Source of the DNA: Candidatus Atabeyarchaeum deiterrae
GTDB lineage: Archaea > Asgardarchaeota > Atabeyarchaeia > Atabeyarchaeales > Atabeyarchaeaceae
Assembly (NCBI GenBank): GCA_037310415.1
Contig: CP147780.1
Location: forward strand, 2,656,001 to 2,720,000
Direction: 5' to 3'
DNA: 64,000 bases
Shown here: one piece after another, positions 8,839-18,910 of the stretch
Position numbering within the stretch: position 1 is the first letter of the stretch
Layout of the letters: every line of letters begins with the position of its first letter
Notes under the pieces: generated by a model
Seen by the model: the letters and a program-made list of their open reading frames with translations, nothing else
The model's database searches: none
Told to the model about the DNA's origin: nothing
Made by a program: the position numbers and the translations under genes

Positions 8839-10029
8839 TTAGAGAGAGAATATGATGGCGCACGCGAAAAGTAGTAGTCCCAGCGACATGAATGAAACTG
8901 AGTACATGGCTGTAGCTGCCAATATGAAACCGGTTAGGATTGGTCCGAGTGCTTGTCCCACGTCCATTATGGTGCCGAGGAATCCCATTGCTGAACCATA
9001 GACTTCTTTTCTGCAGACTTCTGATATAAGCGGAGGAGTTGACGATGTAACGAGTGAGAAGCCTAAACCGAAGGTGACTGAGACCATGATGAGTTCGGGG
9101 AAGGATATTGCGAATTGTGTGGCGACCATTGGGATTCCGCTCAGTACCAAGCCTAGGATAATGGGTTTTTTTCTTCCAATCTTGTCTGAGAATTTTCCCA
9201 TGATGGGTTTGGCTAGGACAAAGGTAACTATTTCAGCTGCCAAGACGATGCCAGTTAGGAACGTGTTAATGCCAAGCAGCTGGGCATAGGGTACCAAGTA
9301 GAATTCAAAGGCTCCGTATGTGTAATAGATCGCTGCTTCCACTAGGCTTGTTGCAAGAATGCGCGGGTTCGAGGCGACTTCCTTCCACTCTCCGGCAGTG
9401 CTTCGTGGGATTTTGCTTGTGTTTTCAGCGGGTTTTAGTTCCTTTGTTGTTTTTTGAACTGGTCTTTTTTCAGGTTCTCTTTTTTCACGTAGGCCTGCTG
9501 CCGCGATTAGTGCTAAGACACCTGTTATGCCAACGACGATGTATAGTTCATGGTAGTCTGTCAATGTAACCAAGAGGATGTATCCTCCGAGGGCAGGAGC
9601 GATCGCTCTTCCGACGGCGGTTGATGATGAAAAGGTTGAGACTTTTTCCGCCCTACTCTTGGGATACCTTTCAACTACGGTGGCGTTGGCGACTGGGACG
9701 AGGATGGCTGTGGCGAAGCCATGATAGAATCTTACCAGGATCAGTTGGTATGGGTCAAGAACAAGTAGGTAGAGGAAAGGAGCGGTGGCAAATATGAGAC
9801 CAGCGAAGATGATCACTTTTCCTCGGCCTACTCGGTCAGAGATTGTTCCAGCTGGAAGACTGACGAGTATTCCGGGAATGGTTGAGGCGGCTGCGACGAA
9901 TCCAATTAAGTATGCTGGTGTCCCCAGGCTCTGTGCGAATGGGTTTAGAACGGGGCTCTTCGACATTGTTGAGCTGAGAATAGCGAAGAGTCCCATGATG
10001 CAGAGAGCGATGAAGAATCTCTTCGGCAT
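8839..10029 (-). CDS. MFS transporter
   Basis: Twelve-TM hydrophobic pattern; motif A in both halves (GTISDRVGRG, GKFSDKIGRK). Start taken at ATG 10029 rather than 10263. Confidence 0.9.
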   Translation of the reverse strand: MPKRFFIALCIMGLFAILSSTMSKSPVLNPFAQSLGTPAYLIGFVAAASTIPGILVSLPAGTISDRVGRGKVIIFAGLIFATAPFLYLLVLDPYQLILVRFYHGFATAILVPVANATVVERYPKSRAEKVSTFSSSTAVGRAIAPALGGYILLVTLTDYHELYIVVGITGVLALIAAAGLREKREPEKRPVQKTTKELKPAENTSKIPRSTAGEWKEVASNPRILATSLVEAAIYYTYGAFEFYLVPYAQLLGINTFLTGIVLAAEIVTFVLAKPIMGKFSDKIGRKKPIILGLVLSGIPMVATQFAISFPELIMVSVTFGLGFSLVTSSTPPLISEVCRKEVYGSAMGFLGTIMDVGQALGPILTGFILAATAMYSVSFMSLGLLLFACAIIFSL

Positions 10030-10296
10030 AGGCAGTTCGACCCGGCTACTTAGAAGTAGACGTAACAACTGGAAATTGTCAGTATATGTGGCACCCATTG
10101 TTGGGTGACTCTTTCTGAAGTGGAAAAGTTGAGCGGAAATCATCCGACTATATTTCAGCTGTAGTTCCTCTCTATGACCTAGAATGAGAATGGTCTCTGA
10201 CAGCACCGCAATATTATCTTCAGGCCGAAGCAGTCCCTTGACTCTTTTGGTCCAAGCATGCACGGCGAAAGGTTCGTTTGTCAGCGCAGCATGTAC

Positions 10297-10755
10297 TTAG
10301 GATCTCACTTCCTGCTGACCTTCATCCTGCAAAATGGCTCGGAGAGCATCTAAGATAACGATTGCTTTTTCGATTGTCTCGCTGTCTGTCTCAGATGTCT
10401 TTTCTAGGCCTTTGAGAATGTAGCACAAACCGAGTGTTTCCTTGAGCTTGACTCCTTTTGGACTCTCTTCTGCGTCTATTTCAAAATCATGAATGAGTTT
10501 GCCTATTCTGATCGCAGCTGGATCTCGGACGTTGTATCTCTCTAGTAGAGCGTCATAGGTAGTTTTTTTCCCTTCGACGGGTTTGATTTCTGCTTTTCGC
10601 AATGTGAATGCAATTGAGCCTTCAGGAATCGGGTCGTCTTTGGAGATGAACTCAAATTTGGCTTTTTGGTCGATAAATCTCTTGATGAGCCATGCTGAGG
10701 CACACCGGTCAACATGAGGCTTGGTTCTGGTTACCCACTGCACTGTGGTTGTCAC
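10297..10755 (-). CDS. Chromate resistance ChrB C-terminal-domain protein
   Basis: WVTRTKPHVDRCASAWLIKRFIDQKAKFEF signature. Confidence 0.85.
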   Translation of the reverse strand: MTTTVQWVTRTKPHVDRCASAWLIKRFIDQKAKFEFISKDDPIPEGSIAFTLRKAEIKPVEGKKTTYDALLERYNVRDPAAIRIGKLIHDFEIDAEESPKGVKLKETLGLCYILKGLEKTSETDSETIEKAIVILDALRAILQDEGQQEVRS

Positions 10756-10783
10756 CTCAGAAAAATGAGAAATGGATGGTTTG

Positions 10784-11287
10784 TTATTCGTTGAGCTTCT
10801 TCCTCAGGAATTCTCTAATCAGCCTTTTGTCCATTTTCTCGATTTCGGCTTTGTGCTTTTCGCGGATCAGTTTCAGCTTGCAGTTGGTATAGAATGCGTC
10901 GTATACAGGGCTTCCTTTTGCAATGGCCTCGTGATCGTCTTTTGACATGGCTGCAATGCCAGTCATTACTGCCTCCAATCCTGCGGCTTCAGGTACGGAT
11001 TCTAGCTTGTCGGTATCAGCTGCGCGTACAATATCTGCCAACTTCAGGACTGGGGGATCCTTGATTTTATACTTTTCAATTATGGCGTCAAAACTACATT
11101 TGTCGCCGTGGTGTGTCAGTTCAACGTTTGCCGCGTCGTACGGTATCGCCTTCTCTTTCTTGACCACTTCTTCGATCTTTTCGACTGGGACGAAGATGAA
11201 CTCGGCTTTCGGATCCACGAATTTCCTTATGAGCCATGGACAGGCATTTCGGTCGACGTGAATATACTGCCTTGTTACCCATTTCAT
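10784..11287 (-). CDS. Chromate resistance ChrB C-terminal-domain protein (paralog)
   Basis: MKWVTRQYIHVDRNACPWLIRKFVDPKAEFIFV...THHGDKCSFDAII...IVRAADT...PEAAGL. Confidence 0.9.
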   Translation of the reverse strand: MKWVTRQYIHVDRNACPWLIRKFVDPKAEFIFVPVEKIEEVVKKEKAIPYDAANVELTHHGDKCSFDAIIEKYKIKDPPVLKLADIVRAADTDKLESVPEAAGLEAVMTGIAAMSKDDHEAIAKGSPVYDAFYTNCKLKLIREKHKAEIEKMDKRLIREFLRKKLNE

Positions 11288-11373
11288 AGCTTTCACCTAC
11301 ATAGATAAACTACTTATGTGAGTAGATTATCTACTTATATAAAGCTAGCTTGTACGCCAATGAGGTGGAAAAG

Positions 11374-11949
11374 ATGCATCGACTTCGAAGCATGAAAATC
11401 GGAACAGTCCAGCTTTGGCTTCTGTTACTCCTATCAGACAAGCCCATGTATGGCTATGAAACTATCCGGGAACTGGAGCGAAGATTCTCAGGGTACTGGT
11501 CGCCCAAGACAGGCACGATCTATCCCGCGTTGGAAAAACTGGAAGAAACTGGTCTTGTAACAGGACAAATGGAGTCCAGAGATCATGGACCAGACAGAAA
11601 GCACTATGCACTTACCGATAAAGGTAAAGTAGAATTGAAGTCTGCCATGGCTCAGTGGGCGAAAATGACTGAAATGATTGACACCTACAGAGAAACTCAT
11701 CAAGCATTGTTCAAGTTCAGAAAGGTGTGTACCCAAGTAGAAACTGCAAAAATGCTGACAGGACTCGGAACCTCCTTTGAAAATACAGCCTTCGAATTGT
11801 CAGACGTTTTTGCTTCAGAAGAGCGAAGAAAAGTTGAGTTAACCGAGCCTGTAGTCATGAAATTGCTGTATGCCAAAGAAGATCATAAGTACGAAATCCA
11901 CATAGAACTTGAATGGTTACCGCGCGAAAATGTTAGCGCTGATTCCTGA
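11374..11949 (+). CDS. PadR-family transcriptional regulator
   Basis: PMYGYE...GTIYPALEKLEETGLV...RKHYALTDKG; GAGGTG RBS before ATG 11374. Confidence 0.9.
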   Translation: MHRLRSMKIGTVQLWLLLLLSDKPMYGYETIRELERRFSGYWSPKTGTIYPALEKLEETGLVTGQMESRDHGPDRKHYALTDKGKVELKSAMAQWAKMTEMIDTYRETHQALFKFRKVCTQVETAKMLTGLGTSFENTAFELSDVFASEERRKVELTEPVVMKLLYAKEDHKYEIHIELEWLPRENVSADS

Positions 11950-12096
11950 GAGTTAAGTGGTTTCTTCCTGCTCTTTTCGTAGGCATTCGCCTTCCCTTCT
12001 GCCTTTTCTTTGTCAAGAGCTTTCAGGAGGTTTTTTGTATTGGGGCTACTAGAGGTATTTGGGGTGGAGTTCGGATTAGGTGTGTGGAGGTTGGCG

Positions 12097-12345
12097 ATGG
12101 TGATGAAGTGGAAGAAGGCACCGCCTGAATTGGTTGATTTTCTCGCTGAGAAGATGAGGGGAGTTAAGTGTGAGTTTCGTAAGATGTTTGGGTATCCTGC
12201 GTATTTCATAAATGGCAACATGTTTGTCGGAATTCATGGAGATAGCCTGTTCATACGGTTGTCTAAGCCAGACATTGAGGAAATTAGGAAGACAAGATGC
12301 ACAGTCTTGCGTCTGTCATCGAGCAGAAGAAATCAGCCATTTTAG
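12097..12345 (+). pseudogene. Truncated TfoX/Sxy N-terminal-domain gene
   Basis: RKMFGYPAYFINGNMFVGIHGDSLFIRL motif; stops at PF* before the usual C-terminal part. Confidence 0.6.
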
Positions 12346-12539
12346 GTTCTCTCTGCCCTGAGAACCACGAGATCTTTATAAGGGAGGCAAGCGGATATAC
12401 GTAGAACTCATTAGGTCTCAGTATACTATTTGGGGAGGCTGTATATGTCATCCAGCTTCTATGTTTACGTGAAACGATGAGTATAGGATGGTGATTGAAG
12501 CTGATATCGAATAATGGAAAGCAAAGGAGGTTTGCAGAA

Positions 12540-12653
12540 ATGTGTAAGGATCTTGATGACGAGATCGTCTACTTGGACGACTACGACGAGGATGTCAAAG
12601 AAGTTAATTCAGAAGCAGAACAGAAAGAACCATCGATTGTTTTGTCGAAGTGA
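12540..12653 (+). CDS. Small acidic peptide (37 aa)
   Basis: GGAGG at 12526-12530, then MCKDLDDEIVYLDDYDEDVKEVNSEAEQKEPSIVLSK; below the ORF-track cutoff. Confidence 0.3.
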   Translation: MCKDLDDEIVYLDDYDEDVKEVNSEAEQKEPSIVLSK

Positions 12654-12769
12654 AGTCCGGAACGTGTTTGTGTTTTCCTGCTTTTAGGCTGGAATGGAAT
12701 CCGAACTGGATTTCGTGTTTTTCTGTATTTTGCCTGAACCTTTCCTTCCTTGAACTTATCTTTAATGTG

Positions 12770-13036
12770 CTAAGTCCAAGAAAGGATGGCCCATTGTTTT
12801 TGCCGCAACTTCAGTATCTGACGAGTCTTGTCAGGGGTCGCCGCGTCCAGACTACAATGTTCGACAAGTTGCCTTGCCTGGGCGACAAGTTTTTGGTTGC
12901 TCTTGGCGAGTTCACCGTTTATGTTTCTGATAAAGTCCTCCGGGTCGACGCGAATGTGTCCTCCTTGCAGGAAACATCCTGGTCGGAAGTGGACGTGCAG
13001 GGGTTTGAAAGTTGACTTCTTCCGCGCGACGATCAT
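12770..13036 (-). pseudogene. C-terminal remnant of a BKACE (DUF849) gene
   Basis: GGHIRVDPED...GELAKSNQKLVAQ...ATPDKTRQILKL matches the C-terminus of the intact BKACE at 62878-63687; N-terminal two-thirds absent. Confidence 0.65.
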
Positions 13037-13114
13037 GGTGATTGGAAAAAGGAGAGGAACAGGTCTGATAGATGTATATCAGACGAATCCCTAGTATTCT
13101 CTACAGGTTTCTTA

Positions 13115-14716
13115 TTACTTCGTCTTCCTGCCTTGTCCCGCAGATCTGGCTCGCCTCATCAAGATGACGATTGAAAGTATGACTACAATTGCGACAACGC
13201 TGATCACTGCCATGATTATTAGAACTGGCTCTATTCCCTGTCCTATTGTAATTGCGTAGTTTGGTGAACTTGCGACGTTATCCGAGCTATCACTGGCGCT
13301 GATGTAGTAGGTGACGTTTGTTCCCGAGTTGAAGGGTCCTATAGTTGCCGTATATATGTCTCCTGAGAGGACCATTTGTGCTGAGCTCCAATAACCAGAG
13401 TCTGGAGTCTTATAGTTCAAGTTGACTAATTTAACTCCGATATTGTCAGTCACTGAGATCGAGATATCTATGCTTTGGCCGCCAACTGGACTCAAAGGTG
13501 AGGCGCTGGGCAAACCTAGGACTGGTGGAGTATAGTCGTACTGAAATGCAAAGATCTTGCCGTTATCCGAACCGTATGCTATGAGAGTTCCGTCACCAGA
13601 AATGCCTACGGCAGGTCCCCAGATTGAATCGGATATGTTGCCGCCGACATTATAGTTCCAGAGCAGTCCAAGATTCTTAGAGAATAACCATGCTCTCGGA
13701 TACAAGCTATATGTCGCGCTGCCCCATCCGCCACAAGCAATTGTAGACCCATCGGACGATACTGCCACTGTGTTGTATAGCAACGAATTGGTTTCGTAGT
13801 TGATGAGTGTCGCGTTGCTGGCTCGCGCAAATACCGTTAGATTTCCATCTCGGCTTCCTGCCGCGATAGTGTTACCATCAGCTGAAACGTCCACACCTTC
13901 TGCAGGGTTACTAGTCTTGTAAGTCCATATTGTTGTGTTACTTTGCCTTCCAAAAACATAGAATATAAAATCGTCGCTTCCCGCCACTATTGTGCTGCCA
14001 TTCGCTGAAACTGCTACGCCCTCTATGATTCCTGCCTTGTAGGTCCATAATGTTGTGTTGTCTTGTCTACCGAACACGCGCACATAGCCATAGGAGGGGA
14101 AGGGCCAATAGTGCTCGTCACCTGAGACTATTGTGCTCCCGTCGGCTGAAACTGCAACGCTGCGTACTCGGAGAGTTGTATTGTAGTTCCATATTGTCGC
14201 GTTGTTCTGCCTTCCGAAGACATAGACATAATGATTGTCTCCGCCCGCGACTATTGTGTTTCCATCAGCGGAAATAGCCACGCTGTTTATTGAAGCGGAA
14301 GCTTTGTATGCCCATATTGTCGTGTTGCTCTCTCTTCCAAAAGCGCGGATATAGCCATCGCTTCCTCCTGCAACTATTGTGCTACCGTTATCTGAGACTG
14401 CTACGCCATCTATGGCGCCCAAGGCGAATTTGTATGTCCATAGTGTCGTGTTGTCTTGTCTACCGAAGAGATAGATCTTGCCATTATAGCTTCCAGCCAC
14501 CACTGTGCCTCCGTCCTGTGAGACCGCCACTGCTTGCACGTCCCCACCCGTTTTGTAGCTCCAGTAGGGTGCAGAGGGAGGCGGCGGAATCAGTAGAGAC
14601 CTCGGTTGTGACAATGGTTGGCGCACTTGAGGGTTCTGAATGCTGGCCAATCCTAACAGGATCACTGCTAAGACGAGGAATGCTGACATTGAGATCGATC
14701 TATTTTTTGTCCTCAA
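13115..14716 (-). CDS. Membrane-anchored extracellular WD40/PQQ-like beta-propeller protein
   Basis: Signal peptide; ~8 repeats of W.YK....V.GVAVS.DG.TIVAGS.DG.IY.FGR; Ig-like domain; C-terminal TM helix and basic tail; many N-x-S/T sequons. Confidence 0.85.
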   Translation of the reverse strand: MRTKNRSISMSAFLVLAVILLGLASIQNPQVRQPLSQPRSLLIPPPPSAPYWSYKTGGDVQAVAVSQDGGTVVAGSYNGKIYLFGRQDNTTLWTYKFALGAIDGVAVSDNGSTIVAGGSDGYIRAFGRESNTTIWAYKASASINSVAISADGNTIVAGGDNHYVYVFGRQNNATIWNYNTTLRVRSVAVSADGSTIVSGDEHYWPFPSYGYVRVFGRQDNTTLWTYKAGIIEGVAVSANGSTIVAGSDDFIFYVFGRQSNTTIWTYKTSNPAEGVDVSADGNTIAAGSRDGNLTVFARASNATLINYETNSLLYNTVAVSSDGSTIACGGWGSATYSLYPRAWLFSKNLGLLWNYNVGGNISDSIWGPAVGISGDGTLIAYGSDNGKIFAFQYDYTPPVLGLPSASPLSPVGGQSIDISISVTDNIGVKLVNLNYKTPDSGYWSSAQMVLSGDIYTATIGPFNSGTNVTYYISASDSSDNVASSPNYAITIGQGIEPVLIIMAVISVVAIVVILSIVILMRRARSAGQGRKTK

Positions 14717-15148
14717 TTTCGATCACTGTGGATAGTTTTTAACTCTCAGAGTATTTCCTGAACTTCTATTTAGGCATTTCTTTGTGTGGATTTAAGAGAG
14801 ACCTCGTTCTCGGCATGAAGTTTGAGGTCTCGGGTTTCCATTTGATCCCATCGAATCGAAACACTTGGAAGAACACGACGCAAACAAGAAATATGAAGGT
14901 TCGGGAGCTGGGAAGGCTGAAAAAACCGTGAGAGGCCCAATCATATTGAGGCTTTGGAGATGAGGGATCTGGAAGGTAGAGGACTATTGTAGCAGTGATG
15001 AGATGCGTTCTATGTTCGCTGTCTTCAGCCTCTCATCTTACCGCTACTATCTCTTTTAGCATCGGTTCCTTCAGCTCCCCTCTTGGCGACCTATCCGAGG
15101 CGATGTCAACTTTCACGTCGAATTTCCCTTCGAGGAAATTCCCCTGGG

Positions 15149-15607
15149 TTATTTGATTGTTTGTTCTTGGATTTTGGTTTTCAGGGCAACGTCTAGGTTT
15201 TCCGAGGGTTTGCCGACGCTCCCAATGGAGGCTACTGGCGCGATCTCTGTCGGTGCCATGAGAACCTCTATTCTTCCGCGAACCCATTCGAGTCTTTCTG
15301 GTTCTGGTGAGTTTGCGAATGTGATAAGTTTCTTGCCTTTCAGATCCATCGTGAAGAGCTTCTTTATGTGCCTTCTGAGCAACTTGGGCGCTCGGCACTC
15401 CTCGGCTCCATGGCACTTCCTGCAAGCGAGGCATGGTGAACCAAGGGCAATGACATCGTACTCGCGAATGGATCCAAAATCCCTGAACTGCTTATCTTGA
15501 GATATCGTCACTTGCATATCGACGTCTTCTAGCCGCCGCCTGATCTTATCTGCTAGAAGCTTCATTTCAGCCATTTCGGAGTGATAGATAACTAGTGCCT
15601 TCAGCAT
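15149..15607 (-). CDS. Flavodoxin-fold protein with a CxxCxxCx5C motif
   Basis: KALVIYHS...YDVIALGSP-CLACRKCHGAEEC...LKGKKLITF. Confidence 0.7.
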   Translation of the reverse strand: MLKALVIYHSEMAEMKLLADKIRRRLEDVDMQVTISQDKQFRDFGSIREYDVIALGSPCLACRKCHGAEECRAPKLLRRHIKKLFTMDLKGKKLITFANSPEPERLEWVRGRIEVLMAPTEIAPVASIGSVGKPSENLDVALKTKIQEQTIK

Positions 15608-15807
15608 GTCAGGCCGCCTCAAGAAGGTCTGCTTGAATCGTCACTTTTGTTATCTTCCCGAAGAGAACTGCTATTTTCCTTCAAGTTAGGCTCCCGCTGA
15701 GATTCATGTCATCATTGATTTCGAACTGTTATAAATGCCGAGTCATATGGCGATTTTCTCAGAGCTTAATTGACGAGGATCGGCCAGTTTGAAGGGTGGT
15801 GACCTTT

Positions 15808-16479
15808 TCAAACCTTGAATATCCTAAAGGTGCAGTTGGGAGAGTTGTGGTTGACAACCTCGTAGTCGTGAGGTATCTTGGTCACGTACTCAACGACAGC
15901 TAGGTGGCCCCTAGCGTTACTGCATTCGATGCCTCCGCCAGTTCTGCGAACACCGTCCTCGATCATCGCTGCGCAGGAATCCTTGAACCGGCATCCCTTA
16001 TACGAGAGGGAAGAGGAGTTCTCATCGCCTGTCACTGTGGCGTCTTCGCCTGATAGCAGGCGCATGGTCTTCTGCACGCTTATTTGGTTTTTGGATATTT
16101 CCGTGGTGCTGGTTCCACTTCCGTACACAGATGCCGATCCCATTTTCTCGAGAAATGCTTTCATCCCTTCTTTCAGGATGCTTCTTCCACCTGATGCGAT
16201 GCCGCCTTCTAATAGATTCTGGGCTGTGCCAATTCCATATGCCAATGCACAGAACCCGTTGGGATATTTTCCCAGGTTCTGGCTGATGTACTTCGCACAG
16301 TCTGACAAGGTTTCAGACGAGGGGGGGTTTGGGTCTCCGATCCTCTCAGCCAAGAATCGAACCGCGTGTTGCGCCGCGATTTTCTGGAAGACTGGTCCAT
16401 ATAGGCTGAGGGATTTAGTAGTTTCAACTACGAAGCTCAACATTGTCTTCGCATCAAAATCAGAGTTCGATGAAGACAT
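15808..16479 (-). CDS. Uncharacterised tandem paralog 1 (V4R/MetOD-like Cys-containing C-terminal domain)
   Basis: Shares YGPVF, AYG, GGI, CxFxDxC, EC and PxCTFRIFKV with its neighbours. Confidence 0.8.
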   Translation of the reverse strand: MSSSNSDFDAKTMLSFVVETTKSLSLYGPVFQKIAAQHAVRFLAERIGDPNPPSSETLSDCAKYISQNLGKYPNGFCALAYGIGTAQNLLEGGIASGGRSILKEGMKAFLEKMGSASVYGSGTSTTEISKNQISVQKTMRLLSGEDATVTGDENSSSLSYKGCRFKDSCAAMIEDGVRRTGGGIECSNARGHLAVVEYVTKIPHDYEVVNHNSPNCTFRIFKV

Positions 16480-16549
16480 CTTATGCCTCCTTAATATTAC
16501 TCAGTAATCGGGTGGCTGTCCCCTAATCGAACTTTCCTTTGACTAATAA

Positions 16550-16957
16550 TTAAGTATTGCGGGATCTTGGTCTTTTGGTAGTGTGCCCACTGCGATCTTC
16601 ATGGAAAGTTGCGGTACCCGTTTTCTCAGCCAATCTTACCATGCCCTCTTTGGCCCAAATTCTGGTGGCTGTACCAATTCCACCTTCTAACAGTTTCTTA
16701 GCTCTAGCTATTCCGTACGGTATTGTGCAGAATTCATCAGGGCACTTCCCATTGTTTTGCCTGATATAGTCTATGCATTGGTCTATATTTTCGCTTGAAG
16801 GAGGGTTTTGATCATCCACCTTCTCGGCCTCGAGTTCAGCCGCATATCTTGAAACCAGTTTAGAGAAGGCAAGTCCGTGGATGTTTTTCTGTTCCTTGAC
16901 TGCAGCTTTGAGGATTTGCAGTAGGAGTTTCGAGTCGACTACTAGTTTGCCACTCAT
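16550..16957 (-). pseudogene. Truncated tandem paralog 2
   Basis: Aligns with the N-terminal ~118 aa of 17060-17731, then diverges and stops; Cys domain missing. Confidence 0.7.
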
Positions 16958-17059
16958 GCATTTTCGCCGGTGTTATCGTTCTTGTTGGATTGAAATCCAA
17001 CAGAGAGAAGAGACTGGTATATGCTGCAAAGGCACTATGAGAAGCTCCTTCTGTTGCAA

Positions 17060-17731
17060 CTATTGAACCTTGAATATTCGGAAGGTGCACTTGGGAGGAT
17101 TGAACTCGAGAAGGTCGTAATCGTGGGCACACTTTGTTATCACTTCGAGTATGGCTGAGTCCGTCTTGCATATCACGCATTCAACTTTTCCTGATACGGT
17201 GTGGATGCCTTCTTCTGCCATGGCTTTGCAGGCGTCGCTGAAGTGGCATTCCGCCGTCTTCGCCAGAGCTGAGTTTTCGTCGCCACTGACTGTAATGTCT
17301 TCTACCTTGGTATGCGTCATGGCTGCAAAGTCGAGATGTTTCTTCCATGCCTCGGTGGTGCTGGTTACCTTTCCGTAGAGAGTCGCGGTGCCAATTTTCT
17401 CGGCTAGCTTTTTCATTGCATCTTTTGCAGAGGTTCTGGCTCCTGAGCCTATGCCGCCCTGCAACATTTTCTCGGTTCTGGCTATTCCATATGCTATTGA
17501 GGAAAAACCATCACTGTATTTGCCAGTGTTCTGGATGAGATAGTTCACACATTGGTCGATGTTCTCAACCTGAGGTGGGTTGGGATCACTGGTCTTCTTT
17601 GCCTCATACTCAGCAGCGTATTTCGCTACCATTTTGGAAAAAACTGGTCCGTAGAAGGTTTCTTGTTCTTTTACTGCAAGCTTGAGGAAGTTGAGTAGGG
17701 ATTTTGAATCTACCACGATTTTGCTACTCAT
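17060..17731 (-). CDS. Uncharacterised tandem paralog 3 (V4R/MetOD-like)
   Basis: Same motifs; AGGTGA RBS 8 nt before ATG 17731. Confidence 0.8.
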   Translation of the reverse strand: MSSKIVVDSKSLLNFLKLAVKEQETFYGPVFSKMVAKYAAEYEAKKTSDPNPPQVENIDQCVNYLIQNTGKYSDGFSSIAYGIARTEKMLQGGIGSGARTSAKDAMKKLAEKIGTATLYGKVTSTTEAWKKHLDFAAMTHTKVEDITVSGDENSALAKTAECHFSDACKAMAEEGIHTVSGKVECVICKTDSAILEVITKCAHDYDLLEFNPPKCTFRIFKVQ

Positions 17732-18124
17732 GGATTCAATCACCTATCCTGTTACGAGCGGGTGGGGGGGAACTCTGCAGTTTCTAGCCTTGACGATGAT
17801 ACTATATTCAATGGTTTTTAAATTCTGTCTTCCTTCTTGCATTGCGTCGCTCTTCCTGTTGGGTTTTTCGCAACAGGACTAAGAATCATTAGGGAGAAAT
17901 GGTAGATTGTCGACTTTTGATCCTGTGTCTAAATTCCCAGATACAGACTTACTAACGCGGGCGAGAACTAGTCACAACCACCGCGCCAACCATCTATCCT
18001 CCCACTTTTCGCAATTTGTGGTAAAATCTCGCTTTTGCTCGCTTCACAAAAACAACTGATGTTGGCAGGTTTTAACATTTGGATGCCGATTCACTGATTC
18101 CGTTCTGACATCGTGAGATCCGCA

Positions 18125-18820
18125 TCAAAAGACTGGATCGAGTTGAGTTGCATGGACCTTAAAGATGCGGAAAGTGCAGTTCGGGGGGTCGAACCACAAC
18201 ATCCCGAAGTCGTGAGGTATCTTGGTTGCGTATTCTAGGGTTGCAGCGCTTGCACGCGCATTGGAGCATTCAAATCCTCCACCCACCTTACCGATACCTT
18301 CTTGTGCCATAAGTTTGCACGCGTCGCTGAAGATGCATCCTCTGTAAGTCGCCTCGACACAATCCTCGCCTCCAGTTATCCTAGAATCTCCTGCTTCCCA
18401 CCTTGTCCGCTTCGCAAGCTCGATTATTGCGCTGTAGACCAAAAACGTATTGGTGCTCTTGGGACAATCATCAGCTACACCGGTCTTCTCAAGTATCTCT
18501 TTGATACCTTCCTTGGCAACACTTCTTGAGCCTGATCCGACGCCGCCCTGCAACACTTTCTCAGCCTTGGCTTGTCCGTATGCGATGGATGCCATTCCGC
18601 GAGGATACTTCTCGAGGTTAGAGATAATATATTTGGCACATTCTTCCAAAGTTTCAATTTGCGGAGGATTCTTATCATTGATCATCTTGGCTTCAAATTC
18701 CGTGGCGAATCCGGCAACCAACCTAGGAAAGACCGGTCCAAAGAATCCCTGCAACTGCTTGATGGCTTGAATTGAAAAGCTCAATCCTGTTTTCACATCA
18801 TATATGATTGCTGGTGCCAG
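18125..18820 (-). CDS. Uncharacterised tandem paralog 4 (V4R/MetOD-like), probable CTG start
   Basis: Same motifs; CTG 18820 aligns with Met1 of paralogs 2 and 3 and follows GAGGTGGTGA. Confidence 0.75.
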   Translation of the reverse strand: MAPAIIYDVKTGLSFSIQAIKQLQGFFGPVFPRLVAGFATEFEAKMINDKNPPQIETLEECAKYIISNLEKYPRGMASIAYGQAKAEKVLQGGVGSGSRSVAKEGIKEILEKTGVADDCPKSTNTFLVYSAIIELAKRTRWEAGDSRITGGEDCVEATYRGCIFSDACKLMAQEGIGKVGGGFECSNARASAATLEYATKIPHDFGMLWFDPPNCTFRIFKVHATQLDPVF

Positions 18821-18910
18821 ATCATTCACCACCTCGAAAATCAAGCAGCTTCCGTGGGTTGTTTCTCGAGATAGTACAGTTATCCCTACGTGAAAACTTA
18901 ACACTTTTGA

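Noticed and set aside
12285-12345. Second BHB intron in the TfoX stub
   Set aside because: A hairpin is present, but there is no 4-bp central helix with two bulges and no recognisable downstream exon
13560-14560. Repeated ~120-nt DNA units as a CRISPR or tandem repeat
   Set aside because: They are the coding repeats of the beta-propeller
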